DNA of 64,000 nt from Eubacteriales bacterium (GTDB lineage: Bacteria; Bacillota; Clostridia; Oscillospirales; CAG-272), in assembly GCA_045587665.1 (NCBI GenBank), contig JAZNCT010000065.1:95-64094 (forward strand). Direction: 5' to 3'. The notes beneath the pieces are model-generated. The model was given only the letters and a program-made list of their open reading frames with translations, made no database searches and was not told where the DNA came from. A program made the position numbers and the translations under genes. Shown here one piece after another: positions 26,548 through 32,430 of this stretch; within the stretch, counting starts at the first letter, position 1, and each line of letters opens with the position of its first letter.

Positions 26548-27651
26548 TTAGATTAACAGCCTTTGTATCTCCGGAATAGGAACTCTTGCTGGCAATACTT
26601 CGCGAGTTATAGCGTTAATTCCGCTTCCGATGTTATGAGCATAATATAAATAGCTATACATTTCCGCCGAGATGTCATTGAAATCCTCACACAGTGATGC
26701 TTTTACTGCATTAGGATAAATCAGTTTACAAACTATATCGGGATTTTCCAAGCACCAAGCGTATTTTTCTCTTTGAAGTTTCAGAGTTTCCGGAAATGCA
26801 AAGCCAATATCGGTTAAAAGGTGCACAGTACGCTTCTGCATTCCAGCTTTAACAATATCTAAAGGAGAAACATCCTCGGAAATACAAACTATGCCATCAC
26901 CAATAGCTTCTACGAGTATATTTTTATCAAGGCAAATATTTTCTAAGCCGTAATAGCTACTCAATATCGTTTCCCTGATTGCTTCAAGCGTTTCTTGTGA
27001 ATATTTATTAAAGAGTTTTGCCGTATATTCAAATTTTTCACATTTTTCTTCGGACAAGAGAGGGAAATCAAAATCAGCGTCTATTTCCCCCTTGCTTCCA
27101 TCTTTGTTCAATACTCCTAAAAGAACAGCCAATCGGTATATATGTTTACATGGCAGTTGACGTTCTTCAAAATCTCTGCAAGTGCATATTAACAAAGAGG
27201 TATCGTAAATCTCTCCACTGCCGATAAACTGTCCCTTTTGCATAGATGAAGATATGATCTCAGGGATACAGTCGACAGATCTATCAAATCTACTCCATTG
27301 TCCGGGTGAATTTGTTGAAGCCCAACAGCCGAATCCGGATATCATACCGGGTACGGCAGTATCGTTCTTCAAAACCTGCTTAACCTCATCTTCTTTTACT
27401 CCGTCTGCGTCTATAACACCGAGCTCTATAGCCAATCTATACATATGTTTGCACGGCATTTTTCTGCTTTTGAAATCAAAACACTCGCAATATTCAAGTG
27501 TTGTATGATATGTTCCGTGGCTTCCGCCGAATTTTCCGAATTTCTCCTCAACAGAAATATTTAAAGGAGTATTTTCTGCTCTTTTTGCTTTTTCAATTCT
27601 TTTATCTTGCCCCACGTAATCATGGCAATCCGACCATTTTGCAAAACTCAT
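26548..27651 (-). CDS. tandem SWIM zinc-finger protein of unknown function
   Basis: Two CxCxnCxH modules, CECFDFKSRKMPCKHMYRLAIELGV and CTCRDFEERQLPCKHIYRLAVLLGV, within a duplicated ~50-aa unit. The C-terminal ~180 aa has no recognised motif. Confidence 0.7.
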   Translation of the reverse strand: MSFAKWSDCHDYVGQDKRIEKAKRAENTPLNISVEEKFGKFGGSHGTYHTTLEYCECFDFKSRKMPCKHMYRLAIELGVIDADGVKEDEVKQVLKNDTAVPGMISGFGCWASTNSPGQWSRFDRSVDCIPEIISSSMQKGQFIGSGEIYDTSLLICTCRDFEERQLPCKHIYRLAVLLGVLNKDGSKGEIDADFDFPLLSEEKCEKFEYTAKLFNKYSQETLEAIRETILSSYYGLENICLDKNILVEAIGDGIVCISEDVSPLDIVKAGMQKRTVHLLTDIGFAFPETLKLQREKYAWCLENPDIVCKLIYPNAVKASLCEDFNDISAEMYSYLYYAHNIGSGINAITREVLPARVPIPEIQRLLI

Positions 27652-27875
27652 ATTGTTCTTACCAACTTTCTTAATATCGATGCCTCAAAATAATTCAATA
27701 AATTTACCTATATGCCCGTGAGGGTTTTTATTCTTTGTTATTACTTAATATTTCTTATTTATACCCATTTTTTACAATAAAATTAAAAAAACGAGACTAT
27801 TTGACAAAACATAACAAATTTTTCCATAAATTTCCATTATAATTAAATTACCAAATTATAGAAGGAGGAAATATT

Positions 27876-27989
27876 ATGGAAAATCAGAATTTACGTGAAG
27901 AACTGAAGTCCATCATTGAAGATGCCGATTTCAGTGAAAATGAACTGAAGATTTTAGTTGAAAAAGCAAAAGAAATTATGAATACATAA
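27876..27989 (+). CDS. 37-aa micro-ORF resembling the C-terminal helix of the neighbouring XRE proteins
   Basis: GAAGGAGG RBS 7 nt upstream. Product is MENQNLREELKSIIEDADFSENELKILVEKAKEIMNT. ELKILV aligns with ELKVLV of the XRE at 28931. Below the ORF-track size cutoff. Confidence 0.5.
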   Translation: MENQNLREELKSIIEDADFSENELKILVEKAKEIMNT

Positions 27990-27993
27990 TTTT

Positions 27994-28095
27994 TGGTTTT
28001 TGCTTTCAATTAAAAACTTCGCAAAAGACTTGAGCTGTTCGAGCTGTTTATCGTTCACCCGATAGATGTGTTTGAACAGCTCTCCTTTTTCTGCA
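27994..28095 (-). pseudogene. 3' remnant of a fourth XRE paralog
   Basis: Minus frame reads GELFKHIYRVNDKQLEQLKSFAKFLIESKNQK, homologous to the XRE C-termini. The HTH part is replaced by toxin module B and the stop codon is lost. Confidence 0.5.
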
Positions 28096-28101
28096 AAGTT
28101 C

Positions 28102-28130
28102 TTGACAAAAATTGTCAGTTGTGATATACT
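28102..28130 (+). promoter_or_regulatory. promoter of toxin-like mRNA B
   Basis: TTGACA, 17 nt, TATACT, homologous to 26121-26149. Confidence 0.55.
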
Positions 28131-28279
28131 TTTCTCGGATACCCGAGAGGGAATCCCGGAGAACACCATTACGGTGGCGGTTGCTTCCTTTCTTTAATTA
28201 CGAAAGGAACATCTTTGCTCCTTTCGATTAACATTGAAAGGAGTGGTGCTTATGATTTTCATTATGCACCTTGTTGAGC

Positions 28280-28357
28280 ATGGTTACATACGAAGCCTTA
28301 TTTGCTTTTGCTATGGTACTTATTGCGCTTGCGGCTTTATTTATCGACCGCAAATGA
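28280..28357 (+). CDS. 25-aa hydrophobic peptide, paralog of the 26267 peptide (possibly decaying)
   Basis: MVTYEALFAFAMVLIALAALFIDRK aligns with VTWELLFLFAGFILALLTYID. Relative to copy A, extra sequence of about 28 nt separates the SD (28236-43) from the homologous reading frame, and the SD-proximal ATG 28252 is out of frame with it. Confidence 0.45.
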   Translation: MVTYEALFAFAMVLIALAALFIDRK

Positions 28358-28359
28358 TA

Positions 28360-28446
28360 ACAAAAAAAGATAACCGCCTGACTTCCCAATCTAAACGGTT
28401 ATCTTTTAACTATTAGTACTGGGAGCAACCGTCATCGGTGCTCTCC
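28360..28446 (-). ncRNA. candidate antisense RNA B
   Basis: Minus-strand TTGACA (28481-76), 17 nt, TATAAT (28458-53). Hairpin 28367-28406 followed by tttttgtt on the minus strand. Confidence 0.45.
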
Positions 28447-28486
28447 GTTATTATTATATACCGCTTTTTATGTTTTGTCAATAGTT

Positions 28487-28903
28487 TTATTTGTTTTTGC
28501 TCTCATCTAAATATTTTATAAAAACTTTGAGCTGTTCGAGCTGTTCATCGGTCATTTGATCGATGCAAACGAACAGCTCTTTTTTATTATTGTCTATAGG
28601 CGATGCCGGGGCGGCTTCTTCTTTACCCAAAAGGAAATCAATCGATACGCCGAAATAGTCGGCTATATGATTTAACATTGATTTTATGTGCTCAAATAGC
28701 TCTTTCTCGTTGCCTTCTATTGGTGATGCTGGGGGATTTTCCTCTTTTTCTAAAAGATATTCTACCGATACATCAAAATAGTCAGCAATTTTCCTTAAAG
28801 TTGTTTGCCTTGGTACTGTATTATTATCCCAACACGAGAATGCTGCACCCGAAAGCCCAATAGCTTTGCATACTGCCGTAGGTGCTACATTTTTTTCGAA
28901 CAT
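28487..28903 (-). CDS. XRE-family HTH protein with internally duplicated linker module
   Basis: HTH region CKAIGLSGAAFSCWDNNTVPRQTTLRKIADYF. The segment IADYFxVSxxxLLxKEExxPASPIxxNxKELF occurs twice. C-terminal helix DQMTDEQLEQLKVFIKYL. Confidence 0.8.
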   Translation of the reverse strand: MFEKNVAPTAVCKAIGLSGAAFSCWDNNTVPRQTTLRKIADYFDVSVEYLLEKEENPPASPIEGNEKELFEHIKSMLNHIADYFGVSIDFLLGKEEAAPASPIDNNKKELFVCIDQMTDEQLEQLKVFIKYLDESKNK

Positions 28904-28930
28904 AATTTTATAAAAATATCTTTGAACATA

Positions 28931-29254
28931 TTACTTATCGTTTTTATTATCGATTAAATATTTCACCAAAACTTTGAGTTCTTGAATTTGTTCATCGGTC
29001 ATCTGATCGATGTGATCGAACAGTTCTTTTTTATTTTCATCAGCAGGTGAGGATGGGGCGGCTTTTTCTTTTTCTAAAAGATGTTCTACCGATACCTCAA
29101 AATAGTCAGCAATCTTCTGTAAATTTTTAGTGTTTGGCATAGCACCGTTTTTCCACTTTGTAATCGAGCCATGAGCAATGCCAATTTCTTTGACCACTTG
29201 CAACGGCTTCATTCTTTTTTCAGTGCAAAGATTATAAAAGTTATTCCAAAACAT
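28931..29254 (-). CDS. XRE-family HTH protein
   Basis: HTH region VVKEIGIAHGSITKWKNGAMPNTKNLQKIADYF plus the same C-terminal module. ATG 29254 lies 1 nt after the upstream stop (the track start at 29272 is TTG). Confidence 0.8.
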   Translation of the reverse strand: MFWNNFYNLCTEKRMKPLQVVKEIGIAHGSITKWKNGAMPNTKNLQKIADYFEVSVEHLLEKEKAAPSSPADENKKELFDHIDQMTDEQIQELKVLVKYLIDNKNDK

Positions 29255-29255
29255 T

Positions 29256-29579
29256 CTATTTTCTGCTATCAATTAAAAACTTCGCATAAGACTTGAGCTG
29301 TTCTAGTTGGTCAGCGGTCATTCGGTCGATGTGATCAAATAATTCTTTTTTGTTGTCATCTAAAGGTGATGCTGGGACGGTTTCTTCTTTTCCTAAAAGA
29401 TAATCTACCGATACTCCAAAATAGTCGGCTATTTGTGGAAGATATTTAGTGTAAGAGTTACTTTTGCCGCTTTTCCAATCGCTGAAAGCTTGTTTACCAA
29501 CTCCTAGATGTTCACATAAATCTTTTTGTTTTTTTGATTGAATAGATAATTCTTTTATAATATTGTTCAAAATATGCAA
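29256..29579 (-). CDS. XRE-family HTH protein, probable prophage repressor (CI-like)
   Basis: HTH region LCEHLGVGKQAFSDWKSGKSNSYTKYLPQIADYF. The track start 29732 lies inside its own promoter. TTG 29579 after AGGTAAG is the first plausible start, but it remains uncertain. Confidence 0.65.
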   Translation of the reverse strand: MHILNNIIKELSIQSKKQKDLCEHLGVGKQAFSDWKSGKSNSYTKYLPQIADYFGVSVDYLLGKEETVPASPLDDNKKELFDHIDRMTADQLEQLKSYAKFLIDSRK

Positions 29580-29637
29580 AAATCTTACCTGCCTTTCGTT
29601 TATATTCAACGAAATTCGAAAAAATCTTATTTTTGTC

Positions 29638-29666
29638 TTGACAGTAAGATATTTTCGTACTATAAT
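29638..29666 (+). promoter_or_regulatory. rightward early (lytic) promoter
   Basis: Consensus TTGACA, 17 nt, TATAAT. Confidence 0.65.
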
Positions 29667-29687
29667 GTTATTGCAAACAAAAAAATG

Positions 29688-29732
29688 TTTTACTGTTGCT
29701 TTTATTATACAGTAAAAAGATGTTTTTGTCAA
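29688..29732 (-). promoter_or_regulatory. leftward repressor promoter with 9-bp inverted repeat over the -10
   Basis: Minus strand reads TTGACA (29732-27), 17 nt, TATAAT (29709-04). Inverted repeat TTTTACTGT (29688-96) / ACAGTAAAA (29709-17). Confidence 0.6.
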
Positions 29733-29760
29733 GGAAAGTTATAAATAAAGGAGAGGAAAA

Positions 29761-29988
29761 ATGCCAAAGTATCTAACCCGCAAGGAAAAGAAAATCATTA
29801 AGAACCTCAAAGAAAGCTTGACGGCTATGAGTGACACCATGAACAAAGAAGTCTTGAAGCGTTCAAACGAGGGCGCACTCATGACAGATGAAGAGTTGGA
29901 GCGGATGTCACGAACCGAATATCTGATTTCACTTACGCTTCTCTGTCTCGAACGCTTTGAAGAGGCAAAGAGAGGGGGCAAGAGATGA
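29761..29988 (+). CDS. hypothetical early protein (75 aa)
   Basis: GGAGAGG RBS. First gene of the rightward transcript. Helical and charged. Confidence 0.55.
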   Translation: MPKYLTRKEKKIIKNLKESLTAMSDTMNKEVLKRSNEGALMTDEELERMSRTEYLISLTLLCLERFEEAKRGGKR

Positions 29989-30236
29989 AAGACAAAAGGT
30001 ATGAAATGATTTTGGAGAATAGCAGAGATGCACTGCTTGACGCTTCGAGAGCATTAAAGAAAGAAACCGAAAAGCTTAAAAGTGCAAAAGTGCCTGATCT
30101 CACCGCTTCAATGAAGCTATGCGAGGCTCTACATTCCGCATCTTTCGCTTTACTCCGCATGGAAGGGGTCAATGAACCGCTATCTCCCATCGGAGAGTAT
30201 ATTTCAAACAATGTACTTAATTACAAATTTATTTAA
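29985..30236 (+). CDS. hypothetical early protein (83 aa), paralog of next gene
   Basis: Overlapping start and stop. ILENSRDALLDASRALKKETEKLKS aligns with IISNVKDALLDYTKVLKSDVKKSIS of the next gene. Confidence 0.55.
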   Translation: MKDKRYEMILENSRDALLDASRALKKETEKLKSAKVPDLTASMKLCEALHSASFALLRMEGVNEPLSPIGEYISNNVLNYKFI

Positions 30237-30249
30237 AAAGGAGCTTATT

Positions 30250-30504
30250 ATGAACGCACAAACTTACAAGTACAACCCAACCGAAAAAGACCTTGAAATT
30301 ATCTCAAATGTTAAGGACGCTCTGCTTGATTACACCAAGGTGTTGAAAAGCGACGTCAAAAAAAGCATTTCCGATGGTAATGCAACCTCGGAAATGCTTG
30401 ACGGAAGAATTAGAATGCTCGGCTATGTTATGTCCCCTCTTCGTGCCTGCAAAACAATTGAGGGGGATTCTGAATCTGTCACTCAGTATTTTTCCCATTC
30501 GTAA
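30250..30504 (+). CDS. hypothetical early protein (84 aa)
   Basis: AAGGAG RBS before ATG 30250. The track start 30172 is rejected. Confidence 0.55.
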   Translation: MNAQTYKYNPTEKDLEIISNVKDALLDYTKVLKSDVKKSISDGNATSEMLDGRIRMLGYVMSPLRACKTIEGDSESVTQYFSHS

Positions 30505-30725
30505 AGATCTGTGGGGGCGTCACCTTCGGGGTACTGACCGTCAAGGATATCCCATTCAAAACACCCGGTAACATGACAGTATACATTGCTTGCGAGTGCA
30601 ACAGGATCGCTTGCCTCTCCATAAATCTGATTATCAAGAATCAGAGCATATTTTCCGCTTTCCGAACGGAATTTGATAATAAATGTACCAACAGAACTTT
30701 CAAATTTCCACATAACAACACCCAT
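30483..30725 (-). CDS. hypothetical protein (about 76-80 aa) with its own copy of the repressor-type promoter
   Basis: Product begins MGVVMWKFESSVGTFIIKFRSESGKYALILDNQIYG. The track start 30809 lies inside promoter 30801-29. Start is ATG 30725 or 30713, both with a weak RBS. Confidence 0.45.
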   Translation of the reverse strand: MGVVMWKFESSVGTFIIKFRSESGKYALILDNQIYGEASDPVALASNVYCHVTGCFEWDILDGQYPEGDAPTDLYEWEKY

Positions 30726-30800
30726 TTTTAATTTTTTACCAAAGCAAATTTTAACATGAATTTCAAAATTATCAATAAAAATTGTTTTACCGTTGCTTTC

Positions 30801-30829
30801 ATTATACAACGAAAAGCAGTTTTTGTCAA
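30801..30829 (-). promoter_or_regulatory. second copy of the leftward promoter module
   Basis: Minus strand reads TTGACA, 17 nt, TATAAT. Region 30775-30860 is a diverged duplicate of 29681-29763. Confidence 0.55.
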
Positions 30830-30856
30830 GAAAAGAAGTAAACAGGAGGTAAAAAT

Positions 30857-31063
30857 ATGAGTTACAACGAAATCAAGGCCCATTTGGCACTGCTCGGCAA
30901 GACCGGGCGAGACGTGATCGAGGAGTTGCGCCGCAGGGGTATCAACGTTAGCGACAGCACTTTCAGCAAGGCAATAAAGAACGTCGACAGCTCCCCGGCT
31001 ATTCAAAGGATCAGAAATGAAACCATAACTATTCTTAACGAATGGCAAGAACCAAAAAAATGA
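30857..31063 (+). CDS. small putative DNA-binding protein (Cro/Cox-like by position)
   Basis: 68 aa, AGGAGG RBS, helix-rich and basic (GRDVIEELRRRGINVSDSTFSKAIKN). The functional call rests on context only. Confidence 0.35.
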   Translation: MSYNEIKAHLALLGKTGRDVIEELRRRGINVSDSTFSKAIKNVDSSPAIQRIRNETITILNEWQEPKK

Positions 31064-31224
31064 AAAAAGCAACCGCAAATGAAATAAAAAATCCCTGCAA
31101 AGTATTGAGCGGTAGCTCGAACACCTTGTCAAATATAGTAAAAAATGAATAAGTGCGGCGAAATACGTGCGCACCATTTCGGAGACAAGGCTCAAAATAA
31201 CAATTGATATTTAAGGAGACACTT

Positions 31225-31461
31225 ATGAACGGGAGCAACAGAGAAAACAGAATAGTCAAGGGCATTGTTTGCTACAGGAATGATGACGGTTCTTTCAGCG
31301 ATGATATTGATGAAATCTACTGCGACGAATCTGAAGCCGAAGAGCTGACCGAATATGAAAAAACAAAGCTCACATATTTTGCGGAGAAGGTTCTCGCTCC
31401 CATGTTCATTAAGTACGTAAGGACATTAGAGGAGCGCAGGAATGCACCTTCAAATAGATAA
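31225..31461 (+). CDS. hypothetical protein (78 aa)
   Basis: AAGGAG RBS before ATG 31225. Confidence 0.5.
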   Translation: MNGSNRENRIVKGIVCYRNDDGSFSDDIDEIYCDESEAEELTEYEKTKLTYFAEKVLAPMFIKYVRTLEERRNAPSNR

Positions 31462-31475
31462 AAAGGAGAAAAAAC

Positions 31476-31886
31476 ATGAAAAAGATTATCGGAAAGATCC
31501 GCTTTGGTGGGAACGAGCTGGCGTTCAGCTTTGGCAATGGCAAAATGGACGTTGATGTGGAGACCATGAGAGACTTCACGGCAAAAGAACAGGAGACCGT
31601 GAATGAGGTCATCGGCGACATTGCCCGCATCTGCGCAAAGCTGACGAACAGAATCCATTACGAGAGCGAAACAACGAAAGCCTTTGCATGGCTTCCCAAG
31701 CTCTTCCCCACAAAAAAAGTACTTCAAAAAGAAGAACACCGCACTTTAAACACATTGTCCGCAAATTTCGGCAGCGGCGCAAAGAGAATACCCGATACCG
31801 AGCATTCTGACAGATTTTATATTGAGCTTGGCGGAATGAGGCTTATAGAAGAAAATGGCATCATCGTCGGCTGGTATGTGCCGTGA
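31476..31886 (+). CDS. hypothetical protein (136 aa)
   Basis: AAGGAG RBS. No motif recognised. Confidence 0.55.
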   Translation: MKKIIGKIRFGGNELAFSFGNGKMDVDVETMRDFTAKEQETVNEVIGDIARICAKLTNRIHYESETTKAFAWLPKLFPTKKVLQKEEHRTLNTLSANFGSGAKRIPDTEHSDRFYIELGGMRLIEENGIIVGWYVP

Positions 31887-32011
31887 GAGAAATATGGAAA
31901 AGGAAAGATTCACCCCACTGCCGAAATCGGTGGCGGAGAAGATTATTTTGAAGGTTTACAGTCGATTTTTCGACCTGCGGCAGACGAAGATCATGAAAGG
32001 AGCGGGCGGTA

Positions 32012-32233
32012 ATGGATAGCGAAAAAACAACCCCGGCGGAGCATGCGAAAATGACGCTGGCTATTGCGATGGCTAAAGAAAACATTCGTCTCTCCGAAAA
32101 GGGAACTATCAAAGAGGAGCGCAGCGACATCAGAGCCTTAATTCTCGAAGGTGCGTTTCTGATTCTCGAAGATGAGCGATCGCGCCATGAAGATAAAAAT
32201 GCTCCGATAATCGATACAAAGAGGTGGCTATGA
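32012..32233 (+). CDS. hypothetical protein (73 aa)
   Basis: ORF in the co-oriented early operon. Confidence 0.45.
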   Translation: MDSEKTTPAEHAKMTLAIAMAKENIRLSEKGTIKEERSDIRALILEGAFLILEDERSRHEDKNAPIIDTKRWL

Positions 32234-32430
32234 TGGAGACTGTAAGAAACAAGATATACCGTGCCGCAGTATGGATATTAACAATAATTTGCACGCTGAT
32301 TGGATTCTGGATGCTCATATCCTTCTTTGACATTGTGACCCACAACATGGAGAGCTATGCCGGCTACGGTGAGTATCTTGAATGGAATTTCTTCACAACG
32401 ATGTGGGATGTTATCAGGGGGCAGACATGA
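32224..32430 (+). CDS. small membrane protein (68 aa)
   Basis: Hydrophobic helix AAVWILTIICTLIGFWMLISFF. Overlapping start and stop codons with both neighbours. Confidence 0.5.
   Translation: MAMMETVRNKIYRAAVWILTIICTLIGFWMLISFFDIVTHNMESYAGYGEYLEWNFFTTMWDVIRGQT

Noticed and set aside
27954-28169. 71-aa minus-strand ORF
   Set aside because: It is a composite: a conserved-leader antisense read-through joined to a 3' XRE remnant. Only the remnant part (27994-28095) is meaningful.
28234-28416. 60-aa plus-strand ORF in toxin module B
   Set aside because: The frame runs through the terminator hairpin and has no similarity to copy A. The homologous hydrophobic peptide is in another frame (28280-28357). 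Translation from ATG 28252 is kept as an open possibility in the findings.
31894-32019. 41-aa ORF (MEKERFTPLPKSVAEKIILKVYSRFFDLRQTKIMKGAGGNG) in the early operon
   Set aside because: It fills a gap and overlaps the next start, but it has no clear RBS or motif. Evidence is insufficient to list it as a feature.
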